Below are positions 19,235 through 28,501 of a DNA stretch of 64,000 bases, one piece after another. The number at the start of each line of letters is the position of its first letter. Position 1 is the stretch's first letter. Both the position numbers and the translations under genes were made by a program. This stretch comes from Patescibacteria group bacterium (GTDB lineage Bacteria > Patescibacteriota > Minisyncoccia > Moranbacterales > UBA2206). The notes under the pieces were generated by a model that saw nothing but the letters and a program-made list of their open reading frames with translations, did not search any database and was not told where the DNA came from. The DNA lies in assembly GCA_030837625.1 (NCBI GenBank), contig JAUPKF010000002.1, positions 168 through 64,167 on the forward strand, given 5' to 3'.

Positions 19235-20128
19235 ATGGCAGAAATTATTGGTTTTAGACAGAAACTGATTAATCGTCAACGGAAAGTCGGATCACTTGTT
19301 TGCATGGGTCTCGACCCGATCATGGAGAAGTGCCCCGACATTATCCGGAAATCGTATCCGAGCGACTGGCGGCGATGTGCCAGATGGATGACCGAAGAAA
19401 TCGATGCATCCGCTCCATATATCTTGCATTTCAAGCCACAAGTCGCCCATTACGAGGCAATTGAAGATGGGCGTCGGGCTCTTCAGACAATCGTCGACCA
19501 CATCCACAAGTTTCACCCGGGCATCCCAGTCTTCCTCGATTGCAAAAGAGGGGACATCGACCGGACACAGCAACGTTACCGCATTGCACACTTGGAAATC
19601 GACGGTGTGGACGGCATGAATTTCAGTCCCTATATGGGATGGGAGTGCATGGAAAACTTGATCAGCAATACGACTCCCGGCAAAGCCATTGTCGGTCTTT
19701 GTTACACCAGCAACAAATCTGCACGTGAGGTTCAGGACGTCAAACTGACAGACGGAAGGCATTATTGGGAATTCATCGCCGACCGTATTATGAGTTGGGC
19801 AGAGAAATTTGGCGTCATGGCCGATGCAGGCCTCGTCATGGCAGCCGCCTACGAGCCTGAAAAGGGCTCCGGCAATATCTTTTCCTGGCACCTTTCCCGC
19901 TGTCGAGAAATCGTTAGGGATTACCTCTGGTTTCTCGTGCCTGGAATCGGAACACAGGAAGGATTCATTTTTCAGACAGTTCAGGCTGGTTATAGTGGTC
20001 CAGGAAGTATGTCAATCAACAACTCTTCCGGCATCAATTTCGCTTCCGCTGATTCTGACTTCGCTGAAGCATCTGCCAGAGTGGCCATGAAGATGCAAAA
20101 GAATATCAATGAGGCATTGGGAGCATAG
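19235..20128 (+). CDS. pyrF: orotidine 5'-phosphate decarboxylase (type 2, long form)
   Basis: VCMGLDP, DCKRGDI, LVPGIG motifs; locally elevated GC. Confidence 0.85.
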   Translation: MAEIIGFRQKLINRQRKVGSLVCMGLDPIMEKCPDIIRKSYPSDWRRCARWMTEEIDASAPYILHFKPQVAHYEAIEDGRRALQTIVDHIHKFHPGIPVFLDCKRGDIDRTQQRYRIAHLEIDGVDGMNFSPYMGWECMENLISNTTPGKAIVGLCYTSNKSAREVQDVKLTDGRHYWEFIADRIMSWAEKFGVMADAGLVMAAAYEPEKGSGNIFSWHLSRCREIVRDYLWFLVPGIGTQEGFIFQTVQAGYSGPGSMSINNSSGINFASADSDFAEASARVAMKMQKNINEALGA

Positions 20129-20178
20129 ACTATACAACCAAGTCCCGACGCAAGGTCGGGGCGGAAAGGAAGAACTTA

Positions 20179-20856
20179 ATGCTTACACGAGATCAAGAAA
20201 AGGTAGCAGTTAGAATTTTCATGAGAGGAGCGTTCAAATTTGGAGCTTTTAAGCTGAAGCTCCATGAAAAGAACCCGGGTGCTCCGCTCTCGCCGTTCTT
20301 CATCCACCTGCGAAACAAAACCAACCCGAAGCCTGGCCCGCTGATTGAGAAAGACTACTTGCTAATCGCGAAGTGTCTTCTAGAAACCATTTCCCAGAGC
20401 GATTTCGTGTTTGATGCCATTGCTGGGATACCTCGAGCCGGAGATCCAATTGTCGATGCTATTCAGTGGATGCAGGAATATGATCCCAAATTTCAGCAAG
20501 GTGACTTCCGAATCATCCGCCTTGCCAAAGAAGAAAAGGACGGTCTTCGGAAAATCGTCCCACTTCCTGGTTTCGAGTATAGAAAAGACGAGCGCGTACT
20601 CCTCATCGACGATTTAGTAACAAAAGCAGACACCAAGTTGGAGGCCATTAGAGCCGTGGAATCACAAGGGGCGATCGTTGTCGGTGTGGTAGTTTTGGTA
20701 GACCGACAGCAAGGCGGCAAGAACGAGCTGGAAAAAGCCGGATACAAGTTGCTTGCCTCGCTCACTGTTCGTGACCTTTTCAATTTCTACTTCCAGACGG
20801 AAATGATCTCCGCCGAAAAGTACCAAGAGGCGATAAACTACGTTTCCAATAATTAG
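20179..20856 (+). CDS. pyrE: orotate phosphoribosyltransferase
   Basis: PRTase motif VLLIDDLVTKADT; lies downstream of pyrF. Confidence 0.8.
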   Translation: MLTRDQEKVAVRIFMRGAFKFGAFKLKLHEKNPGAPLSPFFIHLRNKTNPKPGPLIEKDYLLIAKCLLETISQSDFVFDAIAGIPRAGDPIVDAIQWMQEYDPKFQQGDFRIIRLAKEEKDGLRKIVPLPGFEYRKDERVLLIDDLVTKADTKLEAIRAVESQGAIVVGVVVLVDRQQGGKNELEKAGYKLLASLTVRDLFNFYFQTEMISAEKYQEAINYVSNN

Positions 20857-20988
20857 GAACAAGCTACTTATTCCAACCCCGCGAAAAACACACAAAAGAA
20901 GGTGAAAACCTGTGTGGATCGCGTGGTTGGTTTTTTTATTTTCGAAATATACTTCCTACTTTCTGCATAATACTTTATACTCATTATT

Positions 20989-21540
20989 ATGGACATACTT
21001 GCGCACTCCCTTTGGGCCGGGGCGGCTGGAAAGGCCGTCAATATTAAGAAGAAAAAACCGCTAAAAGTCTGGGTTATGGCTTTTTTCGGCTTTTTCCCGG
21101 ATCTTTTCGCCTTTGCACCGGCTTTCGCCTATATGTTCGCCTCGTATATTTTCCCGGGAATTCCGAAAATGTACCATCCAGGACCGAATAATATCGAACC
21201 AGCTACCAGAGATACTCTGCTGATAAGCAACTTGACGCACAATCTGTATAATTTAAGCCACAGTTTAATCATATTCTTTCTAATCTTTGGCCTTGTTTGG
21301 CTCATTTTCAAGCGACCGATTTGGGAACTGGGAGGTTGGCTTGTTCATATTTTAATGGATATTCCTTCCCACTCCTATGATTTCTATCCCACGCCATTTC
21401 TCTGGCCGGTTTCTAATTTTATGATAAACGGAACCCACTGGGGAACGCCTTGGTTTATAATTGTTAACTATTCTCTTCTTATTGCTGTATATTTTATTTT
21501 TTGGATCATAAAAAGAAAGTCTTTAAGTCATAAGCCATAA
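20989..21540 (+). CDS. membrane-bound metal-dependent hydrolase (DUF457/YdjM-like)
   Basis: MDILAHSLWAGA start, multiple TMs, HILMDIPSH motif. Confidence 0.65.
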   Translation: MDILAHSLWAGAAGKAVNIKKKKPLKVWVMAFFGFFPDLFAFAPAFAYMFASYIFPGIPKMYHPGPNNIEPATRDTLLISNLTHNLYNLSHSLIIFFLIFGLVWLIFKRPIWELGGWLVHILMDIPSHSYDFYPTPFLWPVSNFMINGTHWGTPWFIIVNYSLLIAVYFIFWIIKRKSLSHKP

Positions 21541-21580
21541 TTTTTTCGTAGTTCGCTTATTTCGTAGTTCGTAAATGCAA
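21541..21580. repeat. solo TIR of the 'tacgaa' MITE family
   Basis: ttttttcgtagttcgcttatttcgtagttcgtaaatgc. Confidence 0.55.
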
Positions 21581-21782
21581 AAGTTTGACAATATAACAAT
21601 TTAACAATATACTCTAATCACGGTTAATTATTAAGAAAAATTGAATAGGGGATGGTTTAATCTCCTTTTATCCACCCCGTAAAGTTGCTTCGCAACCACG
21701 GGGCAAGCAGTAAGATGTGTGGATAACTTCTTAATAATTACCCTCCGCTGGGTATTTTTTAATTTTTAATAACTGTTTTACC

Positions 21783-23153
21783 ATGAATGACATTCTAGAC
21801 AATTTGGCCAAAGAAGTAGACAAGATATCTGAAGAAGACATCTCCTCAAAGCAAGAAACTCCTAAAGAAGCTCCATCCGAGCCAAAAAAAGAAACGGGAG
21901 ATGCGCCCGTTTCGGCAATGGACGCCCTTTTGTCCCAAATCAGTTATCCGGAAGTCGGCGACAATATCGTGGGAAAAGTGATCGAAGTTTCCTCTTCGGA
22001 AATTTACGTTGATTTGGCACCTTTCGGAACCGGCATAGTCCTGGGAAAAGAAATCAAGGACGGTATGGGCGGCGGCAAGGTAAAAATCGGCGATGAAATT
22101 TCCGCGGCGGTGATGGAAACGGAAAACGAAGACGGCTTCATCGAACTTTCCATCAGGGAAGCTTCGTATGAACGCGCCTGGGAAGACATTGAGGAGAAAA
22201 GAATCAAGAAAGAAAAAGTCGCTACCAAGATAATCAACGCCAATAAAGGCGGACTTTTGGTGGAAATCAACGGCATTTCCGGATTTTTGCCGGTTTCCCA
22301 GCTGTCCAGCGCCAATTATCCCCGCGTGGAAGACGGAGACCGCAACAAGATTCTCAATTTGCTCAAAAAACTGGTCGGCAAAGAGCTGGAAGTGCGTATT
22401 TTGGACGCGGACAGAGAAGCAGAGAAGCTGATTGTCAGTGAAAAAGCCGCCCAAAGCGAAAAAGACAAAAAAATAATTTCCAATCTTCATCTTGGCGACG
22501 TCATTTCCGGGGAAATAAGCGGCGTGGTTGATTTCGGCGCTTTCGTCAAGTTTTCTCCCGCCGGCGCGGATGATTCTGCCGGAGAAAAGCTGGAAGGCTT
22601 GGCGCATATATCGGAACTGGCCTGGCAGCTTATCGAAGACCCCAGGACTATCGTGAAAGTGGGGGACAAGGTAGAAGCGAAAATCATCGGCATCGACAAT
22701 GACAAGATTTCCCTTTCCCTTCGCGCTCTGCAAAAAGATCCTTGGAGCGAGATTGAAGAAAAATACAAGGCCGGCGACATCGTGGAAGGAACGGTGAACA
22801 AGATCAATCATTTCGGCGCTTTTGTTTACCTAGACAAAGACATCCACGGCTTGGCGCACATTTCCGAAATGTCGGAAGCTTACCCGGGGAAAACCCTGGG
22901 AGAACTCATCAAATTGGGCGAGTCTTACTCTTGGAAAATACTTTCCATTGAACCCAAGTCCCACCGCATGGGATTAGTTTTGGCTGACAAGAAAAAAGAA
23001 GGAGGAAGTGAGAAGAAAGAAGGAAAGAAAAAAGACGAAGAGGTTGTGGAAAAGAAAGAAGTAAAAAACAAGAAAAAAGAAAAAGTAGAAAAGAAAGAAA
23101 CCGAGAAAGAACCGGAGGAGAAAAAGAAAAAGACTTCCAAGAAGAAAGAATAA
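21783..23153 (+). CDS. rpsA: 30S ribosomal protein S1-like (multiple S1 domains) with a Lys/Glu-rich C-terminal tail
   Basis: repeated S1-domain signatures (GDIVEGTV..INHFGAFVYL, GDVISGEISGVVDFGAFVKF); about 60-aa KE-rich low-complexity tail. Confidence 0.8.
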   Translation: MNDILDNLAKEVDKISEEDISSKQETPKEAPSEPKKETGDAPVSAMDALLSQISYPEVGDNIVGKVIEVSSSEIYVDLAPFGTGIVLGKEIKDGMGGGKVKIGDEISAAVMETENEDGFIELSIREASYERAWEDIEEKRIKKEKVATKIINANKGGLLVEINGISGFLPVSQLSSANYPRVEDGDRNKILNLLKKLVGKELEVRILDADREAEKLIVSEKAAQSEKDKKIISNLHLGDVISGEISGVVDFGAFVKFSPAGADDSAGEKLEGLAHISELAWQLIEDPRTIVKVGDKVEAKIIGIDNDKISLSLRALQKDPWSEIEEKYKAGDIVEGTVNKINHFGAFVYLDKDIHGLAHISEMSEAYPGKTLGELIKLGESYSWKILSIEPKSHRMGLVLADKKKEGGSEKKEGKKKDEEVVEKKEVKNKKKEKVEKKETEKEPEEKKKKTSKKKE

Positions 23154-23200
23154 AAAAAATCGTTGCATACTGCCACTTTTAAACGTTACCCATTATTCAT

Positions 23201-23779
23201 ATGGCTAATATCTTTATTATTTCCGGCCCGTCGGGAGTCGGAGAAGATTCCGTGATTGAGGGTCTTCGGAAATACTTTGAAATTGAAAGGGTCAAAACAA
23301 CCACAACCCGTTCAATGCGGCCAGGAGAATCAGACGGGAATCCCTACTACTTCATATCCAAAGACGAATTCCGAAAAAATATACAGGGGGAAAAAATGGC
23401 AGAGTACGCCGAAGAATACAACAGTAATCTTTACGGCGTAACCGTTTCAGAACTTGATCGAGTTGCAAGCTCTCGCAGGATTGGCATCTGGAAAATTGAA
23501 TACAAAGGAGTGATCACCGCCAAAAAAAAATTTCCAGAAATAAAATCCATATACATCGCGGCGCCATCTTTGGATATTCTTAAAAAAAGAATATTAAAAA
23601 GAGACCCCGGCGTAAGTGAAAAATATCTAGCTGAAAGGATGGAATATACGAAAGAATGGATGAAGCATGAGAACATTTATGATTATAAAGTTGTCAATGA
23701 AGAAGGAAAGCTAGACGAAACGATAAAAAAGGTGGCGGAAATTATAAAAAGTAATTTAAATGCAGAGAAACTTGATTAA
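23201..23779 (+). CDS. gmk: guanylate kinase
   Basis: P-loop IISGPSGVGEDS, NPYYFIS...EFR, GNLYG motifs. Confidence 0.85.
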   Translation: MANIFIISGPSGVGEDSVIEGLRKYFEIERVKTTTTRSMRPGESDGNPYYFISKDEFRKNIQGEKMAEYAEEYNSNLYGVTVSELDRVASSRRIGIWKIEYKGVITAKKKFPEIKSIYIAAPSLDILKKRILKRDPGVSEKYLAERMEYTKEWMKHENIYDYKVVNEEGKLDETIKKVAEIIKSNLNAEKLD

Positions 23780-24734
23780 AAAAGTTCAAAATACTATCTT
23801 CCAATATAGCTTGTTAAAAAGAGACGATAAGATCATAGTTGCGGTTTCCGGCGGGCCGGATTCGACCGCGATGCTGGATATCTTTTCCAAGCTGAAAAAA
23901 AAATATGATCTTGATTTGATTGTCGCGCATGTGAATTATAATCTCCGCGGAAACGACAGCAAAAAAGACGAGGCGTTTGCGAGAAAACTGGCGGAGAAAT
24001 ATAATTTGGAAATTTTCGTTTTGCGTCCGGTAGAGACGCAAAATTTTGCGTCTCTACCACAGCGCAAAAAACACCCTTCCGAAAATACGTTGCGCGACAT
24101 TCGTTACGCTTTTTTTGAAAAGATAAGATTGGAAAATAAATTTGACCATATCGCCGTCGCGCACAACGCCGACGACCAAGTGGAAACGTTTTTGTCGCGC
24201 GTCATCCGGGGAGCGGGACTTCTCGGCCTTTCCGCGATGCGGCATAAAAATAACAGCATTATCCGACCACTTCTTGATGTTCCGCGCTGCGAAATTCTAA
24301 AGTATCTGAAAGAAAACAAACTCACTTACCGCGTCGACAAAACTAATTTGGAATCGGAATTTTTGCGCAATAAAATCCGCAACAAACTTCTGCCGTATCT
24401 GGAAAAAAATTTCAACCCGGCCATCCGCCAAACTATTTTTGACGCCACCGTTTCCATTTCAGAAGATTATTCCTTGGTTTCAAATTTGATCGAAAAAAAA
24501 TACAAGAAGCTGAACGAGCTCGACGTAAAAAATATAGAAAAACTGCATCCGGCCGTCCAAAAAGGCATCGTCAGAAAAATGCTGAAAGAAAAAAAAGGCA
24601 ACCTTCAAAACATTGGCGCGGCCAACATCGAAGAAATTCTAAAAATCATAAAAAGCACGAAAAACAAAGCCCAAACTGTAGTATTTAAAGGATTGAAAAT
24701 TACCCGCAAAGGTGATAAAATCAAAATAGAATAG
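23760..24734 (+). CDS. tilS: tRNA(Ile)-lysidine synthetase
   Basis: PP-loop VAVSGGPDSTAML; located upstream of ftsH (conserved synteny). Confidence 0.85.
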   Translation: MQRNLIKKVQNTIFQYSLLKRDDKIIVAVSGGPDSTAMLDIFSKLKKKYDLDLIVAHVNYNLRGNDSKKDEAFARKLAEKYNLEIFVLRPVETQNFASLPQRKKHPSENTLRDIRYAFFEKIRLENKFDHIAVAHNADDQVETFLSRVIRGAGLLGLSAMRHKNNSIIRPLLDVPRCEILKYLKENKLTYRVDKTNLESEFLRNKIRNKLLPYLEKNFNPAIRQTIFDATVSISEDYSLVSNLIEKKYKKLNELDVKNIEKLHPAVQKGIVRKMLKEKKGNLQNIGAANIEEILKIIKSTKNKAQTVVFKGLKITRKGDKIKIE

Positions 24735-24777
24735 CTTTTGTAAATTCAACTCATAACTCATTCTTTGCTTAATAATG

Positions 24778-24928
24778 AATTCGTATTTCGTACATTCGTA
24801 CAAATTCGCCCGCCTGCTTCGAAATGTTAAGCGGCTATTAAGTACCCAACCCTGTCAGATTATATTTTTAAAAAAACCTATTACCAGCTCAATTAGTATC
24901 GAAGCATTTCGGGCAGGTAATTCGTAGA
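24778..24928. mobile_element. MITE (ctgcccgaaatgcttcga family), inverted orientation
   Basis: ttcgtatttcgtacattcgtacaaattcgcccgcctgcttcgaaatg ... atcgaagcatttcgggcaggtaattcgtag. Confidence 0.75.
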
Positions 24929-24936
24929 GATTATAC

Positions 24937-26814
24937 ATGAATAGTCTAATAAAAAACATCGGTATCGTTCTCTTGGTTTTTTTGTTCCTTTCGGGAATAT
25001 TCGTCCTTTACGGAGCTCCCCAGCAAAAACCCCAGAGCGTCACGCTTTCCGAACTGGTGACCCAAATCAACGAAAGCCGAGTCAAAAAAATAACCATCAG
25101 CAACGACGATTTGTCCATCGAGCTCAATGAAGGAAAGGTGGAAAAATCTATCAAAGAACGCGAATCGGGACTAACTGAATCGCTCAAAAACTACGGAGTG
25201 GACAGCGAAAAACTCCGCGAGGTGGATATCGCCATTAAAGAAGAATCCTCGATGGGAATATTTCTAGGAAGCGTCCTGCCGTTCCTCTTGCCATTTGTCC
25301 TCATCGCCGCTTTTATCTGGTTTATGCTTAAACAAGCGCAAAGAGGCAACAGCCAAGCCCTTTCTTTCGGGATGTCCAAAGCTCGCATGCTTGACCCGAA
25401 AAACAAACAACAGCGGATTACATTCAAAGACGTAGCTGGAGCCAAAGAAGCCAAGGAGGAACTCTATGAAATCGTGGAATTTTTGAAAAATCCCAAGAAA
25501 TTTTTGGGACTAGGTGCGAAAATACCCAAAGGCGTTTTGCTTCTAGGACAGCCTGGAACAGGGAAAACTCTCATTTCCAAAGCCGTGGCCGGCGAAGCCA
25601 ATGTGCCATTTTTTAATATTTCCGGCTCGGAATTTGTGGAAATGTTTGTCGGAGTAGGCGCATCTCGAGTACGCGACCTTTTCAAGCAAGCCAAAAAAAA
25701 CGCTCCCTCAATTATATTCATTGACGAAATTGACGCTGTCGGGCGCCATCGCGGAGCCGGATTGGGAGGGGGACACGATGAGCGCGAACAAACTCTAAAC
25801 CAGATTTTGGTGGAAATGGATGGATTTGATACCAACACTAATGTCATTATTATCGCCGCTACCAACCGCCCTGACGTTCTCGACCCGGCGCTTCTTCGCC
25901 CCGGACGCTTTGACCGCCGGGTGGTAATGGACTTGCCTGATATCGAAGAGCGCATCTCTATCCTAAAAATCCACGCCAAAAACAAACCCCTATCTAAAGA
26001 AACTAACCTAAGAGTGATCGCCCAAAGAACGCCGGGATTTTCCGGCGCTGATTTATCCAATCTTCTCAATGAAGCGGCCATTCTCGCCGCCCGGCGCAAC
26101 AAAAAAATTATCGACATGTCGGAACTGACTGAATCCATTGAAAAAGTAATTTTGGGTCCAGAACGCAAGAGCAAACGAATCGATGAAGATGAAAAGAAAA
26201 TAATTGCTTACCATGAAGCCGGACACGCCCTCATCGGAGCCACTCTTGAAAATGCCGACCCTATCCAGAAAGTTTCCATTATCTCGCGGGGGCACGCCGG
26301 AGGATATACTTTGAGCGCTCCGCAAAAAGACAAACGATTGCTTTCTAAAAACTATTTTATCGACGAGCTATCGGTGCTTTTAGGGGGATACGTCAGCGAG
26401 AAAATGATTTTCGGCGACGTGACCACTGGGGCATCCAACGATTTGGAGAGAGCAACTAACATTGCCAGAAATCTGGTGACTCGCTACGGAATGAGCAACC
26501 TTGGACCGCGAACTTTCGGACACAAAGAAGAAATGATCTTTCTAGGCAAAGAACTCCACGAAGAAAAAAACTATTCTGAAAAAACTTCCGAGGATATCGA
26601 CAAGGAAATTTTCCAATTCATCGGCGATGCCTACAAAGTGGCTGAGAAAATTCTTATCGAAAAGAAACCTGTTTTGGAAAAAATTACAGCAGTCCTTCTG
26701 GAAAAAGAAACTATCGAGCAGGAAGAATTCAATAAACTAGCGGGAATAAAAAAGGAAAAGGAAGAAGATGATAAGGAATTAAAAAATATTCCTCTGCCGG
26801 AAAATTTAGCCTAA
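24937..26814 (+). CDS. ftsH: ATP-dependent zinc metalloprotease FtsH
   Basis: Walker A GQPGTGKT, second region of homology, HEAGHAL zinc site, N-terminal TM pair. Confidence 0.95.
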   Translation: MNSLIKNIGIVLLVFLFLSGIFVLYGAPQQKPQSVTLSELVTQINESRVKKITISNDDLSIELNEGKVEKSIKERESGLTESLKNYGVDSEKLREVDIAIKEESSMGIFLGSVLPFLLPFVLIAAFIWFMLKQAQRGNSQALSFGMSKARMLDPKNKQQRITFKDVAGAKEAKEELYEIVEFLKNPKKFLGLGAKIPKGVLLLGQPGTGKTLISKAVAGEANVPFFNISGSEFVEMFVGVGASRVRDLFKQAKKNAPSIIFIDEIDAVGRHRGAGLGGGHDEREQTLNQILVEMDGFDTNTNVIIIAATNRPDVLDPALLRPGRFDRRVVMDLPDIEERISILKIHAKNKPLSKETNLRVIAQRTPGFSGADLSNLLNEAAILAARRNKKIIDMSELTESIEKVILGPERKSKRIDEDEKKIIAYHEAGHALIGATLENADPIQKVSIISRGHAGGYTLSAPQKDKRLLSKNYFIDELSVLLGGYVSEKMIFGDVTTGASNDLERATNIARNLVTRYGMSNLGPRTFGHKEEMIFLGKELHEEKNYSEKTSEDIDKEIFQFIGDAYKVAEKILIEKKPVLEKITAVLLEKETIEQEEFNKLAGIKKEKEEDDKELKNIPLPENLA

Positions 26815-26886
26815 AATCTAGTTTTCTGGTTAAACTGGTTAGCTGGTTAGTTATAACAGCTAAGTCCGCTTCAGTTAAAAACGCTT

Positions 26887-27873
26887 ATGCGTAAAGTAAA
26901 TTACATCGGCGCAGTAAAAGATGCCTGGAATATAACCTGGCGCAACCGCTATCTTTGGTGGCTGGGCTTTCTGGCGTCTCTTTGCGGTTTTGGCGGAATG
27001 AATTATATCTCTAATAACGGCCAGCTGGAAAATAACGAATTTGAAAAACAAGCGTTGGATTTCATTTCCCAAAGTTACCAGTGGTTTTTATGGTTGGGCA
27101 TATTCCTCGTTTTGATATTCATCCTGCTATTGGTCGCGTCCACCATCGGTCGAGCGGGACTCATCGCCTCAATCAACTCGGAAATAAAGGGAGAAAAGAA
27201 AACTTTCAAGGAGGGTTGGCGGGAGGGTAAAAAGTATTTTTGGAAGTTTTTGCTTTTGGGTTTTTTTCTGATATTATCCATTTTGGCAATAATCATTATT
27301 TTAGCCACTCCAATCGCCGTCCTTTTCGCCAGCCACGCTTATTTCACCGGCGCGTTTCTTTCGATGTTTGCCGTCCTTATCATAATTCCAATCATTTTTC
27401 TTCTGGTGTTTCTCAAAATATACGGGCAAATTTACATAGCCGTGGGAAAACTTTCCGTCCGCGCGGCTGTGGAAAACGCCTGCCGCCTTTTCCAAAAAAA
27501 TCTCTGGGAAAGCGTTGTGATGAGTTTGTTCTTTATCCCGCTGGGAATCGTCTGGTTTTTCTCCGTCATCACGCTCCTCATTCCATTCTTAATTGTTTTC
27601 GGCGCTTCGGCTTTCGTTATCTATTTATTGGCCGGAAAAATCGGCGCCATTGCCATCGCTTCCATCGGGTTTATACTGTTTTTAGCCGGCGTCCTTTTCC
27701 TGCGTTCAGTCTATGAAACTTTCGCCCAATCTATCTGGATTTTCTTCTTCCGCGAGATCGCTTCTCCAAAAGAAGAAGAAAAAGTAACTGAACCTGAAAC
27801 CGAAAAAGAAACATCCCCGCTCGCCGCGCCAACTCCCGCCGCACCGATCAAGACAGCAGGAATAGAAAAATAG
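26887..27873 (+). CDS. hypothetical polytopic membrane protein (328 aa)
   Basis: 6-7 predicted TMs; C-terminal EEEK/Pro-Ala tail. Confidence 0.55.
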   Translation: MRKVNYIGAVKDAWNITWRNRYLWWLGFLASLCGFGGMNYISNNGQLENNEFEKQALDFISQSYQWFLWLGIFLVLIFILLLVASTIGRAGLIASINSEIKGEKKTFKEGWREGKKYFWKFLLLGFFLILSILAIIIILATPIAVLFASHAYFTGAFLSMFAVLIIIPIIFLLVFLKIYGQIYIAVGKLSVRAAVENACRLFQKNLWESVVMSLFFIPLGIVWFFSVITLLIPFLIVFGASAFVIYLLAGKIGAIAIASIGFILFLAGVLFLRSVYETFAQSIWIFFFREIASPKEEEKVTEPETEKETSPLAAPTPAAPIKTAGIEK

Positions 27874-27952
27874 TTACCGTGAAAAATTAAATCCGCTCCT
27901 TTTGAGCGGTTTTATTGACTCGAGAGATGTTTTGAAATAGTATGGATATTAG

Positions 27953-27988
27953 CAGGGGTCTGTAGCTCAGCTCGTCCCCCCACCAATT
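27953..27988 (+). pseudogene. 5' part of an outer tRNA-Val(GAC)-like gene (acceptor + D-stem 5' strand) interrupted in its D-loop
   Basis: gggtctgtagctcagct then cgtccccccaccaattgg leads into the inner tRNA; together with 28078-28150 it folds as a tRNA with a 6/7-paired acceptor. Confidence 0.45.
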
Positions 27989-28062
27989 GGGTGTTTAGCT
28001 CAGCTGGTTAGAGCGCCACATTGACATTGTGGAGGTCACTGGTTCGAGTCCAGTAATACCCA
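27989..28062 (+). tRNA. tRNA-Val(GAC), nested inside the D-loop of an outer tRNA-Val-like gene
   Basis: acceptor gggtgtt/aataccc, anticodon stem ccaca/tgtgg with loop ttGACat, T-loop ttcgagt; flanked by the 18-bp perfect inverted repeat ccccccaccaattgggtg / cacccaattggtgggggg. Confidence 0.85.
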
Positions 28063-28077
28063 CCCAATTGGTGGGGG

Positions 28078-28150
28078 GATAAATCAGAGCGCTACATTGA
28101 CATTGTAGAGGTTTCAGAGGTTCGAGTCCTCTCACGCCCACAGGAAGTTT
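28078..28150 (+). pseudogene. 3' part of the outer tRNA-Val(GAC)-like gene (D-stem 3' strand, anticodon arm, T-arm, acceptor 3' strand)
   Basis: ataaatcagagcgc tacattgacattgta(anticodon GAC) gaggtttc agaggttcgagtcctct cacgccc a. Confidence 0.5.
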
Positions 28151-28165
28151 TTTAAAAAAATGATT

Positions 28166-28458
28166 GGGACCATAGCTCAGCGGTAGAGCAGGCGGCTCAA
28201 AAAATATTTAGGGCTGTTTGAGAAGTAATTTTCAAGCGAATATCTGTCAAACTCGGGGAAACCTAAGGCGCCAAAAGCGCTACGGCAATCCCGAGCCAAG
28301 CCCCGACGCGTGTCGTGGAAGGTGTAGAGACTAGACGGCAGACATCCCGATATCATCGGGATGAAGGGATAGTCCAGCTCCCAAACTCGAGAGGGGTTGC
28401 GAAAGCAATAGTGAGAAGCATAACCGCTTGGTCGCTGGTTCGAATCCAGCTGGTCCCA
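28166..28458 (+). tRNA. tRNA-Met(CAT) (elongator-type or tRNA-Ile2 precursor) interrupted by a group I intron; exons 28166-28197 and 28419-28458
   Basis: exon1 gggaccatagctcagcggtagagcaggcggct + exon2 cataaccgcttggtcgctggttcgaatccagctggtccca folds into a canonical cloverleaf with anticodon CAT; G1:C72, so it is not an initiator. Confidence 0.8.
28198..28418 (+). other. group I intron (221 nt) in the anticodon loop of tRNA-Met(CAT), inserted after U33
   Basis: 5' exon ends in U and the intron ends in G; conserved group I core elements R (gtgtagagactagacgg) and S (gaagggatagtccag) pair gacta/tagtc to form P7. Confidence 0.75.
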
Positions 28459-28501
28459 CAGATAAAAAACTCGACTTTTTAAAAAGCCGAGTTTTTTAAA
28501 T

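Noticed and set aside
21600-21780. Inverted repeats with a DnaA-box-like 9-mer (ttatccacc / tgtggataa) upstream of rpsA
   Set aside because: Only isolated boxes occur (also near 29532, 34977, 43368). There is no cluster, no AT-rich DUE, and no dnaA or dnaN nearby, so this is not called an origin. It may be an rpsA leader structure, but that is unsupported.
21846-22811. 321-aa antisense ORF inside rpsA (similarly 25464-26174 in ftsH, 12081-12812 in the NMO gene, 16064-16636 in gyrA, 60168-61022 in virB4, 40280-40915 in pnp)
   Set aside because: Each lies opposite a strongly supported conserved gene. They have low-complexity, Ser/Pro/Arg-rich translations typical of antisense frames.
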